Part shown: in pieces, positions 1 through 8,780 of the stretch
How the letters are laid out: every line of letters starts with the position of its first letter
Numbering within the stretch: the stretch's first letter is position 1
Source: an uncultured Myxococcales bacterium
GTDB taxonomy: Bacteria; Myxococcota_A; Bradymonadia; UBA4248
Reading direction: 5' to 3'
NCBI GenBank assembly: GCA_945875805.1
Contig: CAMCLY010000001.1
Coordinates: 197-64,196 of the forward strand
Length of the DNA stretch: 64,000 bases
The notes under the pieces: generated by a model
Seen by the model: the letters and a program-made list of their open reading frames with translations, nothing else
The model's database searches: none
What the model was told of the DNA's origin: nothing
Position numbers and translations under genes: made by a program

Positions 1-1154
1 CTGCATACCGGGGACGGCGTAGAGGTAAGGCATCATGGCGTTTTCGAGGATGCTTCTCAGACCGCGGGCACCGGATTCCTTTTTGATGCCCATCTGGGCG
101 GCGCAATGCAGGGCTTCGTCGGTGAACTCGAGATCGACGCCGTCGATCTTGAACATCTTTCGGTACTGTTTGACGAGGGCGTTTCGGGGCTCGGTGAGGA
201 TCCGGATGAGGGCGTTTTCGTCGAGGGGGTGGAGGGTGGCGACGACGGGAAGTCGTCCGACGAGTTCGGGGATCATGCCGAATTTGAGCAGATCTTCGGG
301 TTCGAGCATCTGGTAGAGGGAGGCGATATCGCGTTCAGATTTTTTCTGGACGCTGGCGTTGAACCCGATGGAGACGTTGCTCGTGCGGGCCTCAATGATG
401 TCTTCGAGTCCGACGAATGCGCCGCCGCAAATGAAAAGAATGTTGGTCGTGTCGACGCGCAAGAATTCCTGTTGCGGGTGTTTTCGGCCGCCCTTGGGCG
501 GCACGGCCGCCACGGTTCCTTCGATCAGTTTAAGCAGGGCCTGCTGTACGCCCTCGCCGGAGACGTCTCGCGTGATGGAGGGATTGGCGCTTTTGCGCGA
601 AATTTTGTCGATTTCGTCGATGTAGATGATGCCGCGGCAGGCGCGTTCGATGTCGTTGTCGGCGGCATGCAGGAGATTGAGGACGACGTTTTCGACGTCA
701 TCGCCGACGTATCCGGCTTCGGTAAGACTGGTGGCGTCGGCCATGGCAAACGGCACGTCGAGGATCTTGGCGAGTGTTTGTGCCAGAAGGGTTTTACCGG
801 TGCCGGTGGGACCGATGAGGAGAATGTTGGATTTGCCGAGTTCGACGCCGTCTTTGACGGGGCTGAGAATCCGTTTGTAGTGGTTGTGGACGGCCACGGA
901 GAGGACTTTTTTGGCGTAGTCCTGTTCGATGATGTACTCGTCGAGCTTTGCCTTGATTTCCTTGGGTTTGGGCACGACGAGGTCGGGCATGGGACGCCCC
1001 CCCAAGCCGATCGAAGACACGTCGAGTGCTTCGGACACCTGGTGGTAAGCATCTTCAATGCACTGTTCGCAGATATAGACGTTTGCTCCGGCGATGAGCC
1101 GACGGGTGTCGGCCCGATCCCGGTCACAAAATGAACAACGCAGCACGACGCTCA
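1..1154 (-). CDS. clpX: ATP-dependent Clp protease ATP-binding subunit ClpX. It is partial: the start codon is at 1152-1154 and the 3' end runs off the left window edge.
   Basis: My own reverse-strand translation from 1154 gives [36 protein letters not shown]... (the N-terminal C4 zinc ribbon), then Walker [19 protein letters not shown], then [10 protein letters not shown]. Gene order clpP-clpX is downstream of tig. This frame is not in the supplied ORF track because it is truncated by the edge. Confidence 0.9.
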
Positions 1155-1167
1155 TGGATCGCGTTTC

Positions 1168-1797
1168 CTATGGTGTAGCCTGGGGCATATTTTCGGGATG
1201 GCCTTCTTTGGTACGACGGATGACCTCGTCGATGAGGCCGTATTTGACGGCTTCGTCGGCACTCATGATGTTGTCACGGTCGGTATCCTTTTCGATCTGC
1301 TCGACCGACTGGCCGGAGTGTCGGGAGAGGATCTCGTTGAGGATTCGGCGCATGCGCATGATTTCTTTGGCCTGGAGATCGATGTCGATGGCCTGGCCGG
1401 AAATGCCGCCGCCGGAGATGAGGGGCTGGTGAATGAGAATGCGGCTGTTGGGCAGGGAATACCGTTTTCCCTTGGTGCCGGAGCACAGAAGAACGGCGCC
1501 CATGCTGGCGGCCTGACCGATGCAAATCGTGGACACGGGGCAGCGCACGTGCTGGATCGTGTCATAGATGGCCATGCCGGCCGTCACGCTTCCACCGGGA
1601 GAATTGATGTAGATCTGGATGTCCTTTTCGGGATTTTCACTTTCGAGGAACAGCAGCTGGGCAATGATGCTGTTGGCCACCATGTCGGTCACCGCACTTC
1701 CCAAAATGACGATTCGGTCTTTGAGCAAACGGCTGAAAATATCCCAGGCTCGTTCGCCGCGATGCGTCTGCTCGATTACATTGGGGAAAAAGGTCAT
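1168..1797 (-). CDS. clpP: ATP-dependent Clp protease proteolytic subunit ClpP. The start was trimmed from the ORF-track start at 1917 to the Met of [11 protein letters not shown].
   Basis: The translation [33 protein letters not shown]...[11 protein letters not shown]...ILIHQPL is the canonical ClpP core. A GGAGG sits 11 nt upstream of the ATG at 1797. The upstream 40 codons lack any RBS. Confidence 0.9.
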   Translation of the reverse strand: MTFFPNVIEQTHRGERAWDIFSRLLKDRIVILGSAVTDMVANSIIAQLLFLESENPEKDIQIYINSPGGSVTAGMAIYDTIQHVRCPVSTICIGQAASMGAVLLCSGTKGKRYSLPNSRILIHQPLISGGGISGQAIDIDLQAKEIMRMRRILNEILSRHSGQSVEQIEKDTDRDNIMSADEAVKYGLIDEVIRRTKEGHPENMPQATP

Positions 1798-1977
1798 TTC
1801 GTCATCATCCTCCGAGTCGCACAGCGTCTCCTCGCATTTGCCGGAAATGCTCAAAATATCGAGCACGCTCCGGGACTGCAGTTCGCAGGGGGCGCTGATA
1901 TCCATCCAATTGATCATAATACTATCTTAACCCTGGCCTCCGCCGCGTTCCGAGGCGGAGGCCGGCAAGGTCAGGGG

Positions 1978-3285
1978 TTAGCCCTGAGGTTTTTCGGCCT
2001 CTTCGGCCGTTTTCTTTTCTGCTTCGATTTCCTCCGCCGTCATGGGAGTGACGACGGCCGCATCCCGCACGATCTCCAACGCGCGATCGCGTTTGACCTG
2101 ATCGCCGACGAACTGGGCGGCATTGTTTGTCTTCAGCCAGCGCTTGATCTGATCTTCAGACACATTGCCGAACCACTTGATCGCCTCTTTGAGCGTGTCT
2201 TCTTCAGAGACCTCGATTTTCTCGGCTTCCGCGATGGCGTTGAGAATGATCTCGTTGTGGTAGTCGGTGCGATATTCGACGAGTTCGGATTCGCGGATGT
2301 TGTTCACGATGCGTTCGATGTACTCGTCACCGATCTGCTGGCGCGTGATTTGTTCGAGCTGGAGGCGGATGGCCTGAGCGGCGCGCGCACGGACATACAT
2401 CTCGGGCATGTCGATGGGCGAGGATTCGCGAAGTTTTTCGCAAATCTTTTCGTCGATTTTATTTTTACGGGCATCCTCGCGTTCTTTGGTGAGGCGCTCG
2501 CGGACGACGGTCTTGAGACCGTCGAGGGTTTCGGCGTCACCGGTGTCGAGGGCAAACGCGTCGTCGAGTTCGGGCAGCACGCGCACCTTGATCTCGTTGA
2601 CGACGCACGTGACGACGGGTTCGGCGTCGCCAATTTTGGCCGTCAGCTGGACGGGTTCGCCGACTTTGGCGCCGACGAGGCATTTTTCGAGTTCGACGTT
2701 GAGATCGCCACGGCCCACGGTGAGCGTGCGCTCGCCGGCATGGCAGAGCTTGGAGGCGGCGTCATTGGGCGCGCTCAGGGTGCATGTGACGACGTCGCCG
2801 TCCTGTACCTCGGTGCGGTCTTCGACGGGTTTGACGACCGCATGTCGCTGACGCATATTTTCCAACGCGCTGTCGATGTCTTCATCGGTCACGACGACGT
2901 CGGCCACTTTGACCTCGATGCCCTTGTATTCGCCGACTTTGACCTCGGGACGCACCTCGGCGTTCACGCGCGCGACCAGGCCGCCGTCGTCCGTTCTCGG
3001 CGTCACCACTTCGATTTCGCCCACGTGAAGGAGATTCTCGATCGACGAAATGGCCTCGCGTGCCACTTCCTGAATGACTTCACGGCGCGCATCCTCGGCG
3101 ATGGAGGCTCCGGCACGGGCACGCACGACGCTCGCGGGCACCTTCCCCTTGCGGAAACCGTTGACCACCATCGTTTTACGTACCTGTTCCACCAGACGCG
3201 TTTCCGCGCGGCGAAGCGCCTCACCTTCTATCGTAAGGGTGATTTCTCGATTGACCTGACTTTTCTCGACGATCTCAAAACTCAT
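1978..3285 (-). CDS. tig: Trigger factor. The start was set at the Met of MSFEIVEKSQ.
   Basis: The 446-aa ORF has trigger-factor architecture and lies in the conserved tig-clpP-clpX order. AAGGA lies 7 nt upstream of the ATG at 3285. Confidence 0.85.
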   Translation of the reverse strand: MSFEIVEKSQVNREITLTIEGEALRRAETRLVEQVRKTMVVNGFRKGKVPASVVRARAGASIAEDARREVIQEVAREAISSIENLLHVGEIEVVTPRTDDGGLVARVNAEVRPEVKVGEYKGIEVKVADVVVTDEDIDSALENMRQRHAVVKPVEDRTEVQDGDVVTCTLSAPNDAASKLCHAGERTLTVGRGDLNVELEKCLVGAKVGEPVQLTAKIGDAEPVVTCVVNEIKVRVLPELDDAFALDTGDAETLDGLKTVVRERLTKEREDARKNKIDEKICEKLRESSPIDMPEMYVRARAAQAIRLQLEQITRQQIGDEYIERIVNNIRESELVEYRTDYHNEIILNAIAEAEKIEVSEEDTLKEAIKWFGNVSEDQIKRWLKTNNAAQFVGDQVKRDRALEIVRDAAVVTPMTAEEIEAEKKTAEEAEKPQG

Positions 3286-3455
3286 GGATGAATCCTTAAT
3301 AGTTGAAAACAAACCCAACTTCGGGCACGAACCGCCCGGCAGTTAAAGACGCAGGCTTTTAGTCACATCCCCTCATAGCGTCAAGATTTTTGCCTGATTC
3401 ATGACCCCCCTCGCCCTTTTGTGACCCTATTTGCCCCAAGAATGCCCGCGAATGG

Positions 3456-3485
3456 TTGACATGGATTGAAATGAAGGCGTAAAAA
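3456..3485 (+). promoter_or_regulatory. Candidate sigma70-type promoter for rex (TTGACA-N18-TAAAAA).
   Basis: TTGACA at 3456-3461 and TAAAAA at 3480-3485 lie about 70 nt upstream of the rex start. This was read by eye only. Confidence 0.3.
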
Positions 3486-3552
3486 CACTCGCCCATTTTT
3501 GGGCGATTTCAAGGTTGGGCGCAACATTGCGTCAAAGCCAGGATGGGCCAGG

Positions 3553-4197
3553 ATGAAGGGAAATGTTCCAGAACCGGTGCTGTTGCGCATGCCGATGTAC
3601 ATTCAGGCGCTCAAGCGCCTTATCCATGCGCAGCCCGAACGCAAAATGGTGAGTGCGACGTGGTTTGAAAACGACCTGCAGCTCAACGCCTCTCAGGTGC
3701 GAAAAGACCTCGCTTATTGCGGCCTGATGGGCCGTCCGAGGACGGGATTTGTCGCCCTGGAGCTCCTCGATGCCCTGGAACGCCTCGTGGGCTGGGACGA
3801 AACGCGCAAAGCCTTCCTCGTCGGGGCCGGACACCTGGGCGCGGCGCTTCTGGCGCACGAGCGCATCGTCTCCCACGGCGTGAAGGTCGTCGCCGCGTTT
3901 GACGCCGATCCCCAGAAAATCGGACGCGACTTTGTCGGCGTGCCGACGTATGACGTCGAGGAACTCCCAAGCCGCGTGCACGAATGCGGGGTGGATATCG
4001 GGATTATCGCGGTCCCCCAGGAGTTCGCGCAGCACGTGGCGGATCTGATGATCCGGGGCGGCGTGCGCGGAATCTGGAATTTTGCGCCGATCCGCCTCAG
4101 CGTGCCGGAGGGCATTCTGGTTCAGAACGAGGACATTTTTTCGTCGGTGGTGATGCTGAGCCGTCGCCTGGAGCCGAGACGTCGCGATCCCGCATAA
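3553..4197 (+). CDS. rex: Redox-sensing transcriptional repressor Rex.
   Basis: The N-terminus MKGNVPEPVLLRMPMYIQALKRL matches the Rex winged-helix start (MK..IPEAT..RLPLYYRYL). Rossmann motifs LVGAGHLGAALL and the IIAVP...AQHVADLMI..GVRGIWNFAP core follow. Confidence 0.8.
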   Translation: MKGNVPEPVLLRMPMYIQALKRLIHAQPERKMVSATWFENDLQLNASQVRKDLAYCGLMGRPRTGFVALELLDALERLVGWDETRKAFLVGAGHLGAALLAHERIVSHGVKVVAAFDADPQKIGRDFVGVPTYDVEELPSRVHECGVDIGIIAVPQEFAQHVADLMIRGGVRGIWNFAPIRLSVPEGILVQNEDIFSSVVMLSRRLEPRRRDPA

Positions 4198-4263
4198 AAC
4201 CTGAGTGGCGGTGCGGGGGTCCGGGGCGCTCCCCGGCGAGGGGGGCTCGGCGTATGGGGGGCT

Positions 4264-4326
4264 CCGCTATTGCCTTCGGCAATACGCGCCGCCGTCGCGC
4301 TATCGGCCCGGGGCCGATACGCGCGA
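4264..4326. repeat. Tandem pair of REP-like GC hairpins (CCGCTATTGCC-ttc-GGCAATACGCG and CGCGCTATCGGCC-cgg-GGCCGATACGCGCG) between rex and hydC.
   Basis: These are inverted repeats read directly. They are members of the window-wide GCGC-TAT-CGGCC hairpin family. Confidence 0.8.
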
Positions 4327-4513
4327 CTTCTATCATGCCATGGGGTTCGGAGGCACCCAAAGCCGAGTGGGGGGACCCTTCCCCCACCCCAGAAACACCA
4401 GAACGTTTGATGAGAATATTGTGAGAAGGAGTTTTGTCTTTTTATAAGATAAAACAGAAATAGGTACGCAAAGGGTTGTCTTTTGCGAATGTAGGACTGC
4501 CAGGGAGAAGAAA

Positions 4514-4999
4514 ATGCAGGACAACAGTGTAAACAACGAGACCGCATCGCGGGTTGACGCGATTATCGAGCGGATTGGGCGTCATCCCGACATGCTCGTG
4601 CCCGTGCTTCAAGCGGCGCAAGAAGAGTTCAAGTATCTGCCTCAGGATGTGATGATGAGCATCGCGCAGGGGCTGAACATTCCGCCCGCCAAGGTGTACG
4701 GGGTGGCGACGTTTTATGCGCACTTTACGCTCGAACCCAAGGGGCGTCACATCATCCGCTGTTGTGACGGGACGGCGTGTCACGTGAAGGGATCGATGGC
4801 GATTATGGATGCCATCCGCTCGCATCTGAACCTGAAGGAAGGCCAGAAAACGACGGCGGACGGGAATTTTTCGCTCGAAATCGTGTCGTGCCTTGGGGCG
4901 TGTGGTCTTGCGCCGGTCATGGTGCTCGACGAAAAAGTGCATGGGCAGTCGAACTCGAAGGACGCCCTCGAAATCATCAAGAGCTGTGAGGAGAAGTAG
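4514..4999 (+). CDS. hydC: [FeFe]-hydrogenase NuoE-like [2Fe-2S] subunit (HydC/HndA type).
   Basis: The 161-aa ORF carries the thioredoxin-like [2Fe-2S] cysteines (CCDGTACHV ... CLGACGLAP) typical of NuoE/HydC. An RBS GGGAGAAG is upstream. It is the first gene of the hydCBA operon. Confidence 0.8.
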   Translation: MQDNSVNNETASRVDAIIERIGRHPDMLVPVLQAAQEEFKYLPQDVMMSIAQGLNIPPAKVYGVATFYAHFTLEPKGRHIIRCCDGTACHVKGSMAIMDAIRSHLNLKEGQKTTADGNFSLEIVSCLGACGLAPVMVLDEKVHGQSNSKDALEIIKSCEEK

Positions 5000-5002
5000 G
5001 CC

Positions 5003-6913
5003 ATGACGACGAAACAGGAAACCTTGGAGAAGATTGCCGCGTCGTACCGCGCGTTTGAATCGAAGATTCAGCGTCGCGTGGTGGTTTGTGCGGGGACGGG
5101 GTGCATTGCGAACGGAAGCCTCGCGATTCGCGATGCGATCATCGAACACGCGAAGAAGGCGGGCCTTGATGTGGTCGTCGAGATGAGCGAGTCGCTGCCC
5201 GAAACGGCGCCGGCCGGGCGCGTGTACATGTCGCGGTCGGGGTGTCAGGGATTCTGCCAGCAGGGGCCGCTCGTGACGGTCGAGCCGGACGGCATTTTGT
5301 ACTGCAAGGTCAATGTGTCTGATGCCGAGGAAATCGTGACGGAAACGCTCGTGGGGCATCGCACCATTCAGCGCCTTTTGTACCTCGATCCGGAATCCCA
5401 GGAACGCTTCGTGGGACAGAAGACGATTCCGTTCTATACGCGTCAGAAACGCACGGTGCTGGCGGAATGCGGCGTGATCGATCCGCACTGCATCTCGGAA
5501 TACATCGCCCGCGGCGGTTATCTCCAGGCGCGTCGTGCCTACCTCGAAATGACGCCCAAAGAAATCTGTGACATGGTGCTCGAAAGCGGTCTGCGCGGTC
5601 GCGGCGGCGGCGGTTTCCCCACCGGTCGCAAGTGGCTGGCGGCACTCGCCGAAAACGGCCCCCGCAAATTCATCGTCTGCAACGCCGACGAAGGCGATCC
5701 GGGCGCATTCATGGATCGTTCGCTGATGGAAGGCGACCCGCACCGCGTCATCGAAGGGATGATGATTGCGGCGCGCGCGATTGGCGCCGAAGAAGGCGTC
5801 ATGTATGTCCGCGCCGAATATCCTCTGGCCGTCGAACGCGTGCGCAAGGCCGTGGACGATGCCGTGGAAGCCGGCGTGCTGGGTGAACACATTTTTGGCA
5901 CCGATCACAAGTTCACGATCCGCATCATGGAAGGCGCGGGCGCCTTTGTCTGCGGCGAAGAAACCGCACTTCTTGCCTCGGTCGAAGGCAACCGCGGCAT
6001 GCCCAAACCCAAGCCGCCTTTCCCCGCACAGAAGGGCCTCTTCCAGTGCCCCACGATCATCAACAACGTCGAGACGCTGGGCACGGTGCCCCTCGTCATT
6101 CGCGACGGCGCCCAGGGATTCCGTGCCAACGGGACCGAGTCAAGCCCGGGCACAAAGACGTTTGCGTTGACGGGACACGTGCAGAACACGGGCCTTATCG
6201 AGGTGCCGTTCGGCACGACGCTGCGCGAAATCGTGTTCGGCGTGGGCGAAGGCGTGACCGATGACGACGGCAAACTCTGCAAGGACGGCTTCAAGTCCGT
6301 ACAAATCGGCGGTCCCTCCGGCGGTTGCCTGACCGAGGAATACCTCGACCTGCCGATGGATTTTGACAACCTGCGCAAGGTGGGGGCCATGGTCGGTTCC
6401 GGCGGTCTCGTCGTGATGAACAAACAGACCTGCATGGTCCAGGTCGCCCGGTTCTTCATGCAGTTCACGCAGAACGAATCGTGCGGCAAATGCGTGCTTT
6501 GCCGCGAAGGCACCAAGCAGATGCTCGACTTGCTCGACCTCATCATCGAAGGCAAGGCCACGATGGAAACGCTCGACACCCTCGAAGCCCTCGCCGGCGC
6601 CATCCAGAAAGGTTCGCTCTGCGCCCTGGGCAAGACGGCTCCAAGCCCCGTCCTCTCGGTACTCAAGCATTTCCGCGCCGAAATGGTCGAACATATCGTC
6701 GACAAAAAATGCAAGACCCACAAGTGCCGCAAACTCTCGCCGTACGCGATCAATGCCGAGGCGTGCAAACGCTGTGGCATGTGCGCAAAGAAATGCCCCG
6801 TGGGCGCCATTACCGGCGACCGTAACGTCGGATTCACCATCAATGAAGATATCTGCATCAAATGCGGTGCGTGTAAGGCCAACTGCAAGTTTGGCGCTGT
6901 CGAAGGAGCCTAA
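5003..6913 (+). CDS. hydB: [FeFe]-hydrogenase NuoF-like NAD(P)H/FMN-binding subunit with extra ferredoxin domains (HydB/HndC type).
   Basis: The 636-aa ORF has an NuoF core with GGGGFPTGRKW, an N-terminal Cys cluster and a C-terminal 2x[4Fe-4S] CxxCxxCxxxCP segment (CKRCGMCAKKCP...CIKCGACKANC). RBS GAGGAG. Confidence 0.85.
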   Translation: MTTKQETLEKIAASYRAFESKIQRRVVVCAGTGCIANGSLAIRDAIIEHAKKAGLDVVVEMSESLPETAPAGRVYMSRSGCQGFCQQGPLVTVEPDGILYCKVNVSDAEEIVTETLVGHRTIQRLLYLDPESQERFVGQKTIPFYTRQKRTVLAECGVIDPHCISEYIARGGYLQARRAYLEMTPKEICDMVLESGLRGRGGGGFPTGRKWLAALAENGPRKFIVCNADEGDPGAFMDRSLMEGDPHRVIEGMMIAARAIGAEEGVMYVRAEYPLAVERVRKAVDDAVEAGVLGEHIFGTDHKFTIRIMEGAGAFVCGEETALLASVEGNRGMPKPKPPFPAQKGLFQCPTIINNVETLGTVPLVIRDGAQGFRANGTESSPGTKTFALTGHVQNTGLIEVPFGTTLREIVFGVGEGVTDDDGKLCKDGFKSVQIGGPSGGCLTEEYLDLPMDFDNLRKVGAMVGSGGLVVMNKQTCMVQVARFFMQFTQNESCGKCVLCREGTKQMLDLLDLIIEGKATMETLDTLEALAGAIQKGSLCALGKTAPSPVLSVLKHFRAEMVEHIVDKKCKTHKCRKLSPYAINAEACKRCGMCAKKCPVGAITGDRNVGFTINEDICIKCGACKANCKFGAVEGA

Positions 6914-6916
6914 GTC

Positions 6917-8662
6917 ATGGAAAATACGAAACCGACAATGATCATCGATGGCCGTAGCTATCCCATCAACGGCGAAAAGACGGTGATTCAACTCGCGCGC
7001 AACAACGGGATCGACATTCCGTCGTTGTGCTATCACCCGAGTCTTTCGACGTTCGGCGCCTGCCGTATGTGTCTCGTCGAATGCGAGGGCATCGGCATCA
7101 TTTCGAGTTGCACGCTCGCGCCGCGCGAGGGCATGGTCGTGAAGACTTCGACGGAAACGCTCCGTCACATGAAGAAAACGACGTTGCAGCTCCTTCTGGC
7201 CGACCACGACAACGAGTGCACCACGTGCCCCAAGAGCGGTCATTGCCGTCTGCAGGAACTCGCGCGCCGTTTTGCGGTCAACCGCAATCCGTTCCATCAG
7301 CTCAAGGAACGCCGTCCCCTCGACACGTCCTCCCCGTCGATCATTCGAGACAGCGGCAAATGCATTTTGTGCGGCAACTGCGTGCGCGCGTGCTCGGAAT
7401 TCCAGGGCATCGGCGTGCTTGGCTTTACGGGCCGTGGGCAGTCCTCGGAAGTCAAACCGGCCTTCGGGCTTCCGCTGGGCCAGACGGACTGCGTCAACTG
7501 CGGTCAGTGTGCCTCCGTCTGCCCCGTGGGCGCGATCGTCTCGCACTCCTATAACGACGAAATCTGGGCGGCCATCAACGATCCCGACACGACAGTCGTC
7601 GCGCAAATTGCCCCCGCCGTCCGCGTCGCCATCGGCGAGGAATTTGGCCTCAAACCCGGAACCAACGCCATGGGCAAGATGGTGGCGGCCATGAAGAAAA
7701 TCGGCTTTGACGCCGTCTATGACACGGCGTTTGCCGCCGATATCACGACGATCGAAGAAGCCACCGAAATCATCGGTCGCATCAAAAATGGCGGCAAACT
7801 CCCCGTCTTCACGTCGTGCTGCCCGGCATGGGTCAAATACGCCGAAGAATACGAACAGGACATGCTCGACAACCTTTCGAGCTGCAAGTCGCCTCAGGAA
7901 ATGGGCGCCGCCGTCCTGCGCAAAATTCTGCCCGAAACCACCTTCCCCGGTATCGAACAGAAGAATCTGGTCGTCATTTCGGTCATGCCGTGCACGGCCA
8001 AGAAGTTTGAGGTCAACCGCGAGGAGTTCAGCCACGACGGCGTCAAGGACATCAATTACTCCATGACGACGATCGAACTCGCCGCCCTCATCCGCGAAGC
8101 GGGAATCGAGGATTTCGACACGCTTGAGGATGCTCCGTGCGACAACCCCTTCGGGCTCGAAACGGGCTCCGGCGTCATCTTCGGCGCCACCGGTGGGGTC
8201 ACCGAAGCCGTCCTTCGTTATGCCGCCGAAAAACTCACCGGCAAAAAATCCGGCGACGTCAAATTCTATGACGTCCGCGGGGTCGAAGGGATTCGCGAGG
8301 CGTCGCTCACCGTCGCCGGGATTACCCTCAACCTTTGCCAGGTCCACAGTCTGGCCAATGCACGCAAGGTCTGCGAGGATATCCGGACGGGCAAAAAACA
8401 GTACCACGTCGTCGAAGTCATGGCCTGCCCCAACGGCTGCGTCAACGGTGGCGGGCAGCCCGCCACCCTCTACACCGACAAGGTCGTTCCCCTGCGCACC
8501 AAAGGCACGTATGCCCACGACGCCGAACTCGCCGTTCAGGCGCCTCAGGACAATAAGCCCTTGGCCGACATCTATGCCAAGTATCTGGGTGAGCCCAATA
8601 GCGAGGTGTGCCACCACTTGCTGCACACGCACTACACCAAACGTCCCAAATACACGAAGTAG
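6917..8662 (+). CDS. hydA: [FeFe]-hydrogenase catalytic subunit (H-cluster).
   Basis: The three H-cluster signatures are present: TSCCPAWVKYAE (L1), MPCTAKKFE (L2) and EVMACPNGCVNGGGQP (L3). An N-terminal 2Fe-2S plus 4Fe-4S ferredoxin-like domain precedes them. RBS GAAGGAG. Confidence 0.9.
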   Translation: MENTKPTMIIDGRSYPINGEKTVIQLARNNGIDIPSLCYHPSLSTFGACRMCLVECEGIGIISSCTLAPREGMVVKTSTETLRHMKKTTLQLLLADHDNECTTCPKSGHCRLQELARRFAVNRNPFHQLKERRPLDTSSPSIIRDSGKCILCGNCVRACSEFQGIGVLGFTGRGQSSEVKPAFGLPLGQTDCVNCGQCASVCPVGAIVSHSYNDEIWAAINDPDTTVVAQIAPAVRVAIGEEFGLKPGTNAMGKMVAAMKKIGFDAVYDTAFAADITTIEEATEIIGRIKNGGKLPVFTSCCPAWVKYAEEYEQDMLDNLSSCKSPQEMGAAVLRKILPETTFPGIEQKNLVVISVMPCTAKKFEVNREEFSHDGVKDINYSMTTIELAALIREAGIEDFDTLEDAPCDNPFGLETGSGVIFGATGGVTEAVLRYAAEKLTGKKSGDVKFYDVRGVEGIREASLTVAGITLNLCQVHSLANARKVCEDIRTGKKQYHVVEVMACPNGCVNGGGQPATLYTDKVVPLRTKGTYAHDAELAVQAPQDNKPLADIYAKYLGEPNSEVCHHLLHTHYTKRPKYTK

Positions 8663-8704
8663 GCGATGCACCGAACGGGGGAATTTCCCCCGCCAGTCGG
8701 CATG

Positions 8705-8746
8705 AAAAAAGCGGGGAAGCGGCCTTGGCCGCTTCCCCGCTTTTGG
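8705..8746. terminator. Bidirectional rho-independent terminator shared by hydA (+) and the convergent adhesin gene (-).
   Basis: AAAAAA is followed by a perfect 14-bp stem gcggggaagcggcc/ggccgcttccccgc and then TTTT. Confidence 0.65.
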
Positions 8747-8780
8747 ATTTGGGGTTTGCGCATGATGCGCAAACCGGGCG

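Noticed and set aside
106-1134. A 342-aa plus-strand ORF plus several shorter ORFs at 35-1432.
   Set aside because: They are antisense to clpX, whose reverse-strand translation gives a complete zinc-ribbon plus AAA+ ClpX sequence. The plus-frame product is low-complexity (G/D/E/V-rich), typical of high-GC antisense frames.
1198-3291. A 697-aa plus-strand ORF.
   Set aside because: It is antisense to the clpP and tig genes. There is no RBS. Its composition is repetitive D/G/A/V, typical of a GC-rich reverse frame.
3300-4513. A Rex operator (TTGTGAA-N4-6-TTCACAA) upstream of rex or hydC.
   Set aside because: I searched both leaders by eye. Only partial half-sites (TTGTGAC at 3418, TTGTGAG at 4418) occur, without a matching inverted partner. 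This is not supportable without a PWM scan.
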